Positions 27,675-37,599 of a DNA stretch of 44,071 nt are shown in pieces. The notes beneath the pieces were generated by a model. The model worked only from the letters and a program-made list of their open reading frames with translations. It did not search any database and had not been told where the DNA came from. The stretch is from NCBI GenBank assembly GCA_964524285.1, contig CAZGGE010000004.1:1-44071 (forward strand), written 5' to 3'. The position numbers were made by a program, and so were the translations under genes. Position 1 is the first letter of the stretch. Every line of letters begins with the position of its first letter. The DNA is from an uncultured Pirellulales bacterium. Lineage in GTDB: Bacteria; Planctomycetota; Phycisphaerae; Sedimentisphaerales; Anaerobacaceae.

Positions 27675-30284
27675 TCAGGATTGCAGGCTGCGGACAGGCT
27701 CAGCAGATTTGAAGAAACAGACAACTTTCTCACTCAGGATATCGCACATGAGTTGTAATCTGTCCGCCGCTGGTTCGAAGACCTTTATAATATGCTCAAA
27801 TTTTTGCTTCTCGGGCAGCAGTTCCGGCAACAAGTTCGGCATTTCAAGTAAGCGTTCTTTGTTAAATATAACGTTTTTTTCACCGCCGAAAAGAGCCACA
27901 TAGAATATGTCGCTTTCCACCAGATCCTGAAAGAAGTGGGTTCCGAAAGAAAGCTCCGGCATCAGATTGCCGCCTTCGTATGCTATTTCCACCAGTACTG
28001 TTATCCTGTTGATTTCCGAAAAACTGACGGGGACTCCCAGGCTCGGCGTCGTGGTGCCCCATCTGCCGGGACCAAGCAGCATGGTCGGCGTCGAATGCCT
28101 GCTTGTTATCTGACGGTTCAGTTTGCCTATGAGTCTTGCTATGCTGTATTTTTGCGAAAGAGGTAACTGAACGTATGCCTGTGGGTCGACATAAATGATA
28201 CGTTGTATAGGTTGAGAAATATTACCGCCCATTGTATATCCGCGAGAGGAGAAAAGGATTTGCGATGGTTGAATGTTTGAAGGCATTTGCCCGCCTGCTC
28301 TCAATCCTTTTGTCTGCAGAGGCCTGCATTGTACAAGGTTGATTTTGAAAGTGTTACCCTTTGTGAAATTGACCGTAAATTCTATATCAACCGGATATTT
28401 ATAATGTGCTTCTAAGGTCTTTAGCATTTGTTGCATGGTATTCGTAAATTCTGTGTCGGAAAGGAATTTTTTGAACGTCATAAGCCGGATTTTCGGACCC
28501 GGCTTATCCGGTTGTATTTTTTGTCGGCTGTGGATATCCGGGTCGGATAACAAATCCAGGTTGATGTCAATGTTTTCGTTCAGCAACTCGCTCATGTCAA
28601 TTGTTCTGAGGCGATTTTGTCCGGTGTCAAGCAGGTCGGCCTTATGTTGGGAATATTTTTTCGCATCTTCGGTGTCTGAATACGGCCTTAACAACGGCTG
28701 GTCCAGCGCGATTACCTGCGGATAATCATCATCGACACGGTCAACCGCACGCGTACCCAGACCGAAAACAAGTCTCAACATCCCTGCTTTCGGGTCAAGC
28801 TCGGGTTTCCAAACAAAAGTATTATACGAGACACCAACACCTGCCAGGTCCGGAAAGAAATAACTGTTTTTGTAGGAACCTGATACACGCTGGACAAGCA
28901 ACGCCATTTGTTCATCCCGTTGGTCAAGACCCCTTTCCAGACGGTAAGCAAGGGCATTTTCATCCATTGTACTCGCATAAACCCTTCGAACGGCTTCTTC
29001 AAACTCGGCGTAACGCTGCTCGGGGTCGCCCTGGTTGACAAGAAATATACTTTCGTATTTTCCCGCAAACGCATTACCGAATGAGTCTTCCAGCAGACTG
29101 CTTGAACGAACAATGATGGGGGACTGGCCGAAATATTCTATTATCTCGCGGAACCGCTCACGCACCTGGCCGGGGAAATTTCCACGAAGCATATTTTCTT
29201 TCAGTTCGCCGGCAAGCTGAAAATAACCCTCCCTTGTCTTTTGCCTCATCAGAAGGTTCCACCAGCCGTTTTCCACAATGTAACTGTAAAATACGTCTGA
29301 ACCGACGAAGAAAGAATCATGGGCTTCCAGAAACGCAGCCCAGTCGAACTCTTTGTCAGACGCGAGTATTTTTTGAGCAAGCAACATGCCTGCCGCCTTG
29401 CCGCCCACGAAGCCGCTGCCTATCAGTCGCTCCTTCATATCTGTCAAATCCTTGAGCGAAAAATGCTTCTGAGCTAATTCGGAAATCATATTTTCACGCC
29501 CAATCATTATCCTGCAAAGCTGGCGTATAAGTTTTTCGACTTCATCGGAGTTCTGCGGTGACTGCATCAGATTTTCCGCCCTCATGAAAAGGCGGTCCCA
29601 ATAGTCCAGAACTCTCGGCGCTCCTCCCAGACCCTTCTGTGAGATGTGAGAAAATAACTTGCCTGCGTCGACGCTGTTTACAACGGGTGTGAATTCTTCA
29701 TCATTTTGAGCGTGAGGCAGAAACATGGTATGAGAATAACGGTTCCAGACCTTCAGGGGGTGAACGTAATATTGACCTTCAAAATTATAGGCGTCGAGCA
29801 GCAACTGCGTGGTTTCTCGAATACGCGCCACGGTTTGAAAAGAGTGATGATTGCGTAATATGCCGAAATAAGCGATGGTATCCAGCTCGAAAAGATACGG
29901 GCAGGTTACCATAAAAAAATTACCAATCATCAAATCGGTAGCCCACGCGCCCAGCAAATCGGAAAGACAGTCGAATACATAGCAGCTTTCGGTGCCCTGT
30001 TGTGATATTATGGAACGAACCTGTATAGAAAAGCTCTCAAAACCTCCCGTTGGATCAAGTTGACAAACGGTCAGCCCCGGCTGATTAGCGACAAGAGATT
30101 CGTGCCGGGCGAACCGCATATAAACAAGATTACGCTTGTTATGCAGAGCACGCTTAACATACGGATTAACGAAATGTTTATAGTCTTGTATGCTGTCTAT
30201 CTGCCAGACGACATTGTCGCCCTTTTTAAGCTCGCAAAGTATTAGGTCCAGCCCGTCAAGGCCCGTACTTGTCCAATCCGGCAT
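27675..30284 (-). CDS. PEP/pyruvate-binding (PPDK_N, ATP-grasp) domain protein with degenerate KaiC/RecA-like N-domain; no recognisable phosphohistidine motif
   Basis: The central blocks GFVGGKAAGM, IIVRSSSLLEDSFGNAFAGKYES and VDIEFTVNF...LVQCRPL are classic PpsA/PPDK nucleotide-binding domain motifs. The N-terminus (TGLDGLDLIL..GDNVVWQ...YVFDCLSDLL) resembles a KaiC-type fold without a Walker A motif. I see no TSHAAI-type motif anywhere. The ATG lies 3 nt after the stop of the upstream activator gene. Confidence 0.75.
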   Translation of the reverse strand: MPDWTSTGLDGLDLILCELKKGDNVVWQIDSIQDYKHFVNPYVKRALHNKRNLVYMRFARHESLVANQPGLTVCQLDPTGGFESFSIQVRSIISQQGTESCYVFDCLSDLLGAWATDLMIGNFFMVTCPYLFELDTIAYFGILRNHHSFQTVARIRETTQLLLDAYNFEGQYYVHPLKVWNRYSHTMFLPHAQNDEEFTPVVNSVDAGKLFSHISQKGLGGAPRVLDYWDRLFMRAENLMQSPQNSDEVEKLIRQLCRIMIGRENMISELAQKHFSLKDLTDMKERLIGSGFVGGKAAGMLLAQKILASDKEFDWAAFLEAHDSFFVGSDVFYSYIVENGWWNLLMRQKTREGYFQLAGELKENMLRGNFPGQVRERFREIIEYFGQSPIIVRSSSLLEDSFGNAFAGKYESIFLVNQGDPEQRYAEFEEAVRRVYASTMDENALAYRLERGLDQRDEQMALLVQRVSGSYKNSYFFPDLAGVGVSYNTFVWKPELDPKAGMLRLVFGLGTRAVDRVDDDYPQVIALDQPLLRPYSDTEDAKKYSQHKADLLDTGQNRLRTIDMSELLNENIDINLDLLSDPDIHSRQKIQPDKPGPKIRLMTFKKFLSDTEFTNTMQQMLKTLEAHYKYPVDIEFTVNFTKGNTFKINLVQCRPLQTKGLRAGGQMPSNIQPSQILFSSRGYTMGGNISQPIQRIIYVDPQAYVQLPLSQKYSIARLIGKLNRQITSRHSTPTMLLGPGRWGTTTPSLGVPVSFSEINRITVLVEIAYEGGNLMPELSFGTHFFQDLVESDIFYVALFGGEKNVIFNKERLLEMPNLLPELLPEKQKFEHIIKVFEPAADRLQLMCDILSEKVVCFFKSAEPVRSLQS

Positions 30285-30287
30285 AGC

Positions 30288-31865
30288 TTAATCCTTTTTC
30301 CTGCGATATCGTTTATAATCTATGTTCAGTTCCTTGACTTTATATCTGATAATTCTCGGGGTAGTGTTGAGGTCGCGAGCAACTGCCGCCAGATTACCGT
30401 TACAGCGTTTCAAGGCATCGATAATGAGATCCCTTTCGAACAGGTCGGTTTTTTCCTTCAGTGAGCCTGCTGCTATCGTGCCCGAAGCATCCGATGTCTG
30501 AAGCGTAGGAGGTAAGTGATGGCCTCGAATAACTCCTTCGCCGCTGAGTATAACGGCCCTCTCGATGCAGTTTTCAAGCTCACGCACATTGCCCGGCCAA
30601 TGATATGAAACCATCATGTTTATGGCGGGCGTGCTTATCCGTTTGATATTCTTACCCATTTTTTGTGAGTAATGCTCCACAAAAAAATCTGCCAGCAACA
30701 GAATGTCATCCTTACGCTCACGTAACGGAGGCAGAAATATCGGAAATACATTGATACGGTAGTAAAAGTCCTCCCGAAATGTGCCGGCATCGACGTTCTT
30801 CTCGAGGTTTCTATTCGTTGCAGCAATAATTCTTGTGCTCGTTCTTAGGGTACGGTTGCTTCCGACACGCTGGAATTCTTTTTCCTGCAGAACCCTCAAA
30901 AGCCTTACCTGGGTAGCTGTGGAAAAGTCGCCGATTTCATCAAGAAAAATTGTTCCGTTGTCAGCTTCTTCGAGTCGGCCTTGACGCGTTTGTGTAGCTC
31001 CGGTAAAAGCACCTTTTTCATGGCCGAATAGTTCGCTTTCAATAAGGCTTTCGTTCAAAGCCGCACAACTGACCTTGACAAAAGGCCCGTCAGCCCTCGA
31101 ACTTGAGTAGTGAATAGCATGTGCAACCAATTCCTTTCCGGTACCCGATTCGCCCCGAATGAGAACAGTTGTATCACCGGCTGCCACCTGATGAATCTGC
31201 CTGTATACTTCGCGCATCAGGCTTGAATTACCTATTATGTTCTCCGGACGGAATTTGCCTTCCAGTTCATGTCGCAGTCGTACATTCTCATCTTCTAACA
31301 TGTGCCGCTCTATTTCAGCTTCGCGTCGAGACCGCAAATCATTTGCAATCATGCTGGAAATGATGCTCATGACACGCATTTCATCCTCCAGGGAAGCCGA
31401 TTCGTCGAAAGGCCTGTCAACCGAGATTGTGCCGATTACATCTTTGCCCATGGAAATTGGCACACAAATAAAACTCATCTCTTCCTTGGTAACATTCCAT
31501 CTCTCGAAGCGGTTTAAGAAAAGCGGCTCCTGAGATATTTTCGGCACAATCATTGGCTTTCCGGATTGCATAACCTTGCCGGTAACCCCTTCACCAATTC
31601 GGTATGTTATTGTGCGGCTCTGTTGCTCAGAAAGGTTGTGAGCGGCTTCGATTCTTATCTGGTCTCCGTCAGGGGCAAGAAGTGTTATCGTACCTCTTTT
31701 CAAGCCCAGGTCATCATCAAGTACATCCAGAACCTGACCCAGAGCTTCTTTTTGGTTGCCTCCGGAACCCAGAATCTGGCTCACCTTATAAAAACTTTCA
31801 AGCTGACGCAAGTGGCCTGATTTATACGCAAGAACCGGATTCCAGATTGGCGGTTTTTTGAACAT
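30288..31865 (-). CDS. sigma54-dependent transcriptional activator, GAF-AAA+-HTH (NifA-type architecture, no receiver domain)
   Basis: Walker A is GESGTGKE, the sigma54-contact loop is EKGAFTGA, and Walker B is IFLDEIGD. The C-terminal Fis-type HTH is [24 protein letters not shown]. The N-terminal ~170 aa are GAF-like. AGGAG RBS lies upstream. Confidence 0.9.
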   Translation of the reverse strand: MFKKPPIWNPVLAYKSGHLRQLESFYKVSQILGSGGNQKEALGQVLDVLDDDLGLKRGTITLLAPDGDQIRIEAAHNLSEQQSRTITYRIGEGVTGKVMQSGKPMIVPKISQEPLFLNRFERWNVTKEEMSFICVPISMGKDVIGTISVDRPFDESASLEDEMRVMSIISSMIANDLRSRREAEIERHMLEDENVRLRHELEGKFRPENIIGNSSLMREVYRQIHQVAAGDTTVLIRGESGTGKELVAHAIHYSSSRADGPFVKVSCAALNESLIESELFGHEKGAFTGATQTRQGRLEEADNGTIFLDEIGDFSTATQVRLLRVLQEKEFQRVGSNRTLRTSTRIIAATNRNLEKNVDAGTFREDFYYRINVFPIFLPPLRERKDDILLLADFFVEHYSQKMGKNIKRISTPAINMMVSYHWPGNVRELENCIERAVILSGEGVIRGHHLPPTLQTSDASGTIAAGSLKEKTDLFERDLIIDALKRCNGNLAAVARDLNTTPRIIRYKVKELNIDYKRYRRKKD

Positions 31866-32072
31866 TACAAAAGCTCCTGATATTAAATAGCCTACATTAT
31901 TGTAACATATAACGATAGGGCAACAAACTCATTTCTACTAATAAAGAACATAAGCCATATTTCTTTTCCATAAGTATATATATTGCAAATAGTTACGATT
32001 GTCAAAATTCTCCAATATCAATTTCAAGGATGGCCTTGTTGAATAAACAAAAAGCAAAACATGCGACATAAA

Positions 32073-32090
32073 TGTTACATTGCAATGACA
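32073..32090. promoter_or_regulatory. candidate enhancer (UAS) for the sigma54 activator: TGT-N12-ACA containing a perfect 10-bp palindrome CATTGCAATG
   Basis: Palindrome at 32078-32087, about 100 bp upstream of the -24/-12 element. Related GTTACAT copies lie at 32092-32098 and, inverted, at 31901-31908. The function is inferred only. Confidence 0.3.
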
Positions 32091-32183
32091 AGTTACATAT
32101 TTGTCTTATGCTAACTGGCATTTTTATCTGCTGCAAAATCTATAAGTCATTGGAGAACAATTACTTATAAACATTTTTCATCT

Positions 32184-32198
32184 TGGCACAATTATTGC
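32184..32198 (+). promoter_or_regulatory. sigma54 (-24/-12) promoter TGGCAC-N5-TTGC
   Basis: An exact consensus match (TGGCACaattaTTGC) lies 45 nt upstream of the porin ATG. It sits in the divergent spacer next to a sigma54 activator gene. Confidence 0.75.
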
Positions 32199-32242
32199 CT
32201 TACTAATATCAAAGTAACTTTTGTGCAGAGAAAAAAGGAGAT

Positions 32243-33013
32243 ATGGAAGTGAAAACAGCTACGACATTTTTATACATGATGGTGTTTATGAGCCTGTATA
32301 ACGAAACATCACTAAGCAGTGAACCTTTTTCTTTTGAGCTAAACGCAGAATTGTCAGGCAAATACATCTGGAGAGGTCAGAACATTAGCGACGACCCCGT
32401 TTTTCAGTCTGCTCTCGCGGTGAGTTATGAGAATTGGACTACCGCCGTATGGGGAAATATCGATTTGACTAATATTAACGGCAACAGCGGTGATTTCTCG
32501 GAACTTGATTATGCCCTTGACTATACGGCAGCTTTCGAAGGCTTGGAAGGTATACAATATTCAGCAGGTGTCATTTACTACGAGTTTCCGGGAACGAAGG
32601 TTAAGGACACGACCGAAGTTTATTGGGCAATTGGCTGCGATTTGCCTTTGAATCCATCAATAACTGTTTATCACGATTTGGACGAAGCAGAAGGCACTTA
32701 TATCTGCTCAGCCTTGAAATACAGCACTGATAAAGTTTTGAAGCTCGGAGACGATATGTTTGCGGGTTTGGATATAGGCGCCTCTCTCGGCTGGGCAAGT
32801 GGCTCTTATAACAAATACTACTGGGGAACCGAACAGAGTAAATTCCAGGATTTATCTTTCAAAGTGGCTTTTCCCGTTGAGTTAGCCGGCTGGGAAGTTA
32901 CACCAGGCTTGAACTATGTTACGCTGCTAAGCGATGACATTCGAGATACGGACATATATGCAAGTAAAAGCGACTTCTTTTATGCGAGTGTTGAATTTAC
33001 GAAGTTTTTTTGA
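32243..33013 (+). CDS. TorF/Gcw_chp-family putative outer-membrane porin (typical amt-associated)
   Basis: AAGGAG RBS. The sequence is beta-barrel-like and alternating, with family-like blocks YIWRGQNISDDPVFQ and SELDYALDY, and a terminal aromatic residue (TKFF). It sits directly upstream of amt. Confidence 0.7.
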   Translation: MEVKTATTFLYMMVFMSLYNETSLSSEPFSFELNAELSGKYIWRGQNISDDPVFQSALAVSYENWTTAVWGNIDLTNINGNSGDFSELDYALDYTAAFEGLEGIQYSAGVIYYEFPGTKVKDTTEVYWAIGCDLPLNPSITVYHDLDEAEGTYICSALKYSTDKVLKLGDDMFAGLDIGASLGWASGSYNKYYWGTEQSKFQDLSFKVAFPVELAGWEVTPGLNYVTLLSDDIRDTDIYASKSDFFYASVEFTKFF

Positions 33014-33028
33014 AAGTGGATTTGAGCA

Positions 33029-34393
33029 ATGCATAAGAACAGGATAAGATTTTTGAGCCTTTTGATATTGCTGGTTGTGGCGATTTTATGTAACCGACCT
33101 GCAATTGCTGCATCCGAAACAGCGGACCGGTTTGTGGATGACTTGAGCGTCTTCGTCGAGGGACTGGACACTGTCTGGGTATTGATTTGTGCATTCCTTG
33201 TGTTTTTTATGCAGGCAGGTTTCGGAATGGTTGAGGCGGGTTTTATCCGTGCAAAAAACACCTGCAATATACTGACAAAGAACTTTCTCGATTTCTGTAT
33301 GGCCTCGCTGGGCTTTTTCCTTATAGGCTATGCTCTAATGTTTGGTGATGGTAATGGTTTTTCCGGTCTTAAAGGCTGGTGTCTTTTTGGACTGGATTCT
33401 TCTGTTGATGGAATACCCCTGTATGCTTTCTGGCTTTTCCAGGCTGTATTTTGCGGAGCCGCGGCGACAATTGTCGCCGGCGGAATGGCGGAAAGAATGA
33501 AGTTCCCGGCTTACCTGGTTTACTCATTTATAATATCTGCTTTTGTATATCCGGTTATCGGTCATTGGATATGGGGCGACGGGTGGCTGAGCAATATGGG
33601 ATTTAAGGATTTTGCCGGCTCAACCGTCGTACACACGGTTGGTGGGTTTGCTGCATTGGTGGGAACGACTATACTTAAACCAAGAGAGGGTAAATATGGT
33701 ATTGACGGCAAGCCTAATGTAATTGCAGGACACAATATTCCACTGGCTTCTTTAGGAGTATTTATACTCTGGTTCGGATGGTTTGGATTCAATGCAGGTT
33801 CAACCTTGTCGGTCGGCGACGGCTCTCTCATAGGAAGAGTCGCAATAAACACAAACATAGCAGCCGCTCTCGGGGGCATTGCGGCAATGGGCACCGTCTG
33901 GATAAGATTCGGAAAGCCAGACTTGTCGATGGCCATGAACGGTGCACTGGCGGGTTTGGTAGCTATTACCGCTCCGTGCGCTTACGTCGAGCCGTGGGCG
34001 GCTCTCCTGATAGGCTCACTCGCAGGATACATGGTAATCAGGGCCGTTGAGCTGCTTGATAAACTGCAGATTGACGACCCCGTAGGAGCTTTTCCGGTAC
34101 ACGGTGTCTGCGGCGTATGGGGAACGATTTCCGTGGGTATTTTCGGAAAGGCATCGCTGGGACTTGCAAACAACGGCTTCATTTATAGTGCAAATCCAAT
34201 GCAGTTGGGTATACAGTTGGTCGGAAGCGTCGCTGCGGTAGCATTTGTCCTGGTTAGCATGGGAATAGTCTTCAAGCTCATCGACCTGTCGATTGGATTA
34301 AGAATAAGCCGCGTTGAAGAACTAAGAGGACTGGATATCGGCGAACACGGCATGGAAGCATACGGAGGTTTCCAGATATTCAGCACAGTATAA
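33029..34393 (+). CDS. amt: ammonium transporter (Amt family) with signal peptide
   Basis: Amt signature [15 protein letters not shown], about 11 TM segments, and [12 protein letters not shown] (second conserved His). Confidence 0.93.
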   Translation: MHKNRIRFLSLLILLVVAILCNRPAIAASETADRFVDDLSVFVEGLDTVWVLICAFLVFFMQAGFGMVEAGFIRAKNTCNILTKNFLDFCMASLGFFLIGYALMFGDGNGFSGLKGWCLFGLDSSVDGIPLYAFWLFQAVFCGAAATIVAGGMAERMKFPAYLVYSFIISAFVYPVIGHWIWGDGWLSNMGFKDFAGSTVVHTVGGFAALVGTTILKPREGKYGIDGKPNVIAGHNIPLASLGVFILWFGWFGFNAGSTLSVGDGSLIGRVAINTNIAAALGGIAAMGTVWIRFGKPDLSMAMNGALAGLVAITAPCAYVEPWAALLIGSLAGYMVIRAVELLDKLQIDDPVGAFPVHGVCGVWGTISVGIFGKASLGLANNGFIYSANPMQLGIQLVGSVAAVAFVLVSMGIVFKLIDLSIGLRISRVEELRGLDIGEHGMEAYGGFQIFSTV

Positions 34394-34418
34394 ATTTTAT
34401 TTTGTAAAGAGTGTGAAA

Positions 34419-34760
34419 ATGAAATTGATTGTGGCATATATTCAACCTCACAAGTTGAAAGATGTAAAACAGGCACTTTATAAAGCAAAAGTATACAAGC
34501 TGTCGGTAACCAACGCCCTCGGATGCGGTGAGCAGCATGGCTACGAGGAAAGCTACAGGGGTATAAAATTCGAGGTAAACCTGCTTAAAAAAGTTAGGCT
34601 TGATATCGCAGTAAACGAAGAATTTGTGGAAAAAACAATTAATGCGATTATTGATGGTGCTAAAACCGGAAATATAGGTGACGGTAAGATATTCGTTCTG
34701 GAACTTGGCGAGTGCATACGCATTCGGACAGGCGAAAAAGGAAAAAAGGCAATCGGTTAA
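34419..34760 (+). CDS. glnK: P-II nitrogen regulatory protein (GlnK-type by context)
   Basis: [20 protein letters not shown]..., T-loop [17 protein letters not shown], and C-terminal [11 protein letters not shown]. It is 113 aa long. Position 51 is Phe rather than Tyr. Confidence 0.92.
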   Translation: MKLIVAYIQPHKLKDVKQALYKAKVYKLSVTNALGCGEQHGYEESYRGIKFEVNLLKKVRLDIAVNEEFVEKTINAIIDGAKTGNIGDGKIFVLELGECIRIRTGEKGKKAIG

Positions 34761-34800
34761 GGCAGCCAATGCCGTAATAATTATCGAAAGGAAATCAAAA

Positions 34801-36219
34801 GTGTCAACAAAAGAATTTTTTGAATTTGCAAAAAAGAACAATGCAAAGATGGTAGACCTGAAATTTACCGACCTTCTTGGAACCTGGCAGCATTGTAGTT
34901 TCCCCACCGAGACTTGGGGTGAAGGCACTTTCAAAGAAGGGGTTGGATTTGACGGCTCATCAATCAGAGGCTGGCAGGGAATTCACATGTCGGACATGCT
35001 GGCGGTGCCGGATTCACGTACGGCAGTGATTGACCCATTTTTCAAAGAGCCGACAGTAAGCGTTATAGCCAATATTGTCGACCCCGTAACAAAAGAAGAC
35101 TACAGCCGTGACCCGCGTCACGTTGCGCGAAAAGGAACGGCGTATCTGAAGAAAACGGGCATAGCGGACGTCTGTTACATAGGGCCTGAACCGGAATTTT
35201 TCATATTTGACGAAGTTCGCTACGAGCAAAATCAACATACCGGCTCGTATAAAATCGATTCCGTCGAAGGGGCATGGAACACCGCTCGTTTTGAAGAACC
35301 CAATCTCGGATACAAGCCCAGCTTCAAAGGCGGATACTTTCCCGTAAGTCCTTCGGATACTTACCATGATTTGCGCGGCGAGATGGTGGCTGCCATGAAA
35401 AAGGTGGGTATTGTGGTCGAAGCCCATCATCACGAGGTCGCCACGGCCGGACAAAGCGAGATTGATATGCAGTTTGACGAGTTGTTGAACATCTCGGACA
35501 AATTCATGTGGTATAAGTACATAATAAAAAACATCGCCCGCCAGCATGGCAAAACGGTTACATTTATGCCCAAGCCTGTCTTCGAAGACAACGGAAGCGG
35601 TATGCACACGCATTTCTCGCTATGGAAAGACGGCAAACCTTTATTTGCGGACGACAATAGTCATTACGCCGGCTTGAGCGACATCGGCCTGTACTCAATC
35701 GGAGGCATACTGAAGCATGCTCCCGCTATACTGGCTTTTGCTGCTCCCACTACCAATTCTTATCGCCGTCTGGTTCCGGGGTTTGAGGCACCGGTAAACC
35801 TTGTTATGAGCGCACGTAATCGCTCAGCCGCGATACGCATACCTATGTATTCACAAAACCCCAAAGCAAAAAGACTGGAGTTTCGTTGTCCGGACCCTAC
35901 CGCCAACGGTTATCTGGCATGGACCGCCATGCTTATGGCTGCGATTGACGGAATTGAAAATAAGGTAGACCCCGGTGAGCCTCTGGACAGGGACATTTAC
36001 GAAATGAGTGCCCAGGAGCTCTCCGGTTACATGAAGACGCCAGGAGAACTTGCAGAAGCCGTCGATGCTCTAAAAAAGGACCACCACTTTCTCCTTAAAG
36101 GAAATGTTTTCACGGAAGACTTGATTTACACCTGGGTAAACTGGAAACGGGAAAACGAGCTTCGTGAGCTGGCGCTAAGGCCGCACCCCTATGAATTTCA
36201 CCTGTACTATGATAGTTGA
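34801..36219 (+). CDS. glnA: glutamine synthetase type I
   Basis: GTG 34801 lies after AAGGAAA. Conserved blocks: [45 protein letters not shown], and [13 protein letters not shown]. The ORF-track start at 34678 would overlap the P-II gene and is rejected. Confidence 0.93.
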   Translation: MSTKEFFEFAKKNNAKMVDLKFTDLLGTWQHCSFPTETWGEGTFKEGVGFDGSSIRGWQGIHMSDMLAVPDSRTAVIDPFFKEPTVSVIANIVDPVTKEDYSRDPRHVARKGTAYLKKTGIADVCYIGPEPEFFIFDEVRYEQNQHTGSYKIDSVEGAWNTARFEEPNLGYKPSFKGGYFPVSPSDTYHDLRGEMVAAMKKVGIVVEAHHHEVATAGQSEIDMQFDELLNISDKFMWYKYIIKNIARQHGKTVTFMPKPVFEDNGSGMHTHFSLWKDGKPLFADDNSHYAGLSDIGLYSIGGILKHAPAILAFAAPTTNSYRRLVPGFEAPVNLVMSARNRSAAIRIPMYSQNPKAKRLEFRCPDPTANGYLAWTAMLMAAIDGIENKVDPGEPLDRDIYEMSAQELSGYMKTPGELAEAVDALKKDHHFLLKGNVFTEDLIYTWVNWKRENELRELALRPHPYEFHLYYDS

Positions 36220-36268
36220 ATAAAATAAAGAATGCATAAAAGCTTGAATTAATTTGAAGGAGAACAAA

Positions 36269-37504
36269 ATGAGCTCCGCCGAAGAATCAATAGGTCAGAG
36301 TCTTTACAACTTCCAGGCCGCGCTGCAAGAAAACGGACAAACTTTGCAAGGTTTCATACACAGAAACTATACAGACAAATGGCGAAGCGACAGCCTGTAT
36401 CACGTTTCTGCCGTAAGGACAACCTTCGTCAACGCTATGCACAACTTCCTGACTGAGTACGGGCTGCTCAACCTCGAAAGAGTTTCAATGAGTCCGGTTA
36501 CTGACCCCCTTGCTCACGATGTGGAACATGTTCCCACCATAAGCTATAAGGGCCATCCGTATAAGGCGACACACTCCATGATATACTCGAAATTCATGGC
36601 GTGTTTTAATCCAAAAACAAAAGGCATTTTTGTCGATTCGCCGAACATTCGTCTGGAAATCGAAAGCCCTACCGGCGAGCAACGCGGAAAATATCTTGCC
36701 GATTTTTCACAGATGGATATTGAAATACGTCGCAACAGATATGTTACACTCGAGGAATACCTGAACTCCACCGATAAAGTCAGGAAAATACTTGAAGAAG
36801 ATATGGAAAAGGCTCTTGAATTTTTCGAGCAGCTTATCATTCATGCCCTCGGTGCGGTGGCTGACAAAAATGAACAGGACCTTAAGGCGCTCGGAGTTGC
36901 GATTGAAGTACCAAAATCGCCGTTTCCGCGATTCAGAAAAGATCAGACCGTGAAAAAATATGGTGCGAGAGGCCTCGAGTCCAGGCTCGGCGAGCAGGCT
37001 GATTCACAGTTTTTCTGGATTACAGGCTTGATGAGGGAAAATTACGACCTTATTTACCCATATTTAAAACCGGACGGCTCAAAAATACCTATCGCCGATT
37101 TCACCTCCGATATGATTTACAACTACGATATTTGCGCACAATCAATTCAGCGTGAAAACGGAGAGTACGGCGACTGTTATGAAGTAATGTCGGGGGCTAT
37201 AAGAGAGTGGCTTTACGAGGCCATCGTCGAACGCCTCATAGACAACAGGGTAATCAAAGTACGTCCCAAAATAAGAGATGGTATCATGGAGAACATCAAT
37301 GAGCTTGGTGGTTACGGACCTTTCCTGATGGCCGTCGCACAAAAAGACCGAAAGGAAAATCAATTATTTCCGGATACCTTTGGCGGCGGTATTGGAATCG
37401 AAAGAACTTTGTTTGCACTGACCAAAGGCAAATTTGTAAAAAAGGTGGATGATATCACCTTCTTCGGAAAGAATCCGGATTCTCATCCAGTATTTTTGTA
37501 TTAG
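36269..37504 (+). CDS. stand-alone class II aminoacyl-tRNA-synthetase-like catalytic core (AsnA / aspartate-ammonia ligase-like), no anticodon-binding domain
   Basis: ATG lies 6 nt after GAAGGAG. Class II motif 1-like YGLLNLERVSMSPVTDP, motif 2-like NIRLE...GKYLADFSQMDIEI, and motif 3 GGGIGIERTLFAL. It is 411 aa, longer than classical AsnA. Confidence 0.65.
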   Translation: MSSAEESIGQSLYNFQAALQENGQTLQGFIHRNYTDKWRSDSLYHVSAVRTTFVNAMHNFLTEYGLLNLERVSMSPVTDPLAHDVEHVPTISYKGHPYKATHSMIYSKFMACFNPKTKGIFVDSPNIRLEIESPTGEQRGKYLADFSQMDIEIRRNRYVTLEEYLNSTDKVRKILEEDMEKALEFFEQLIIHALGAVADKNEQDLKALGVAIEVPKSPFPRFRKDQTVKKYGARGLESRLGEQADSQFFWITGLMRENYDLIYPYLKPDGSKIPIADFTSDMIYNYDICAQSIQRENGEYGDCYEVMSGAIREWLYEAIVERLIDNRVIKVRPKIRDGIMENINELGGYGPFLMAVAQKDRKENQLFPDTFGGGIGIERTLFALTKGKFVKKVDDITFFGKNPDSHPVFLY

Positions 37505-37511
37505 TGAGCCG

Positions 37512-37544
37512 ACAATTACCGGCAAAATTTTTGCCGGTAATTGT
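37512..37544 (+). terminator. perfect 16-bp inverted repeat (ACAATTACCGGCAAAA t TTTTGCCGGTAATTGT): hairpin, attenuator or operator between the AsnA-like gene and gltB
   Basis: The palindrome was verified base by base. It lies 8 nt after the upstream stop. No U-tract follows; instead a second palindrome, GTGCGCAC, lies at 37545-37552. An intrinsic-terminator function is therefore uncertain. Confidence 0.45.
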
Positions 37545-37599
37545 GTGCGCACAGTCTGAAAGATTCGCTTCAAACAAATCAGGATAAGCTCAGTTAAAA

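Noticed and set aside
32116-32135. A second sigma54-like element, TGGCAT...TGC, upstream of the perfect promoter
   Set aside because: The GG-to-GC spacing is off by one or more nucleotides from the required TGGCAC-N5-TTGC geometry. The exact match at 32184-32198 explains the region.
34678-34800. ORF-track upstream extension of glnA overlapping the P-II gene
   Set aside because: It would overlap glnK by 83 nt. GTG 34801 with an AAGGAAA RBS gives a 472-aa GS with the normal N-terminus.
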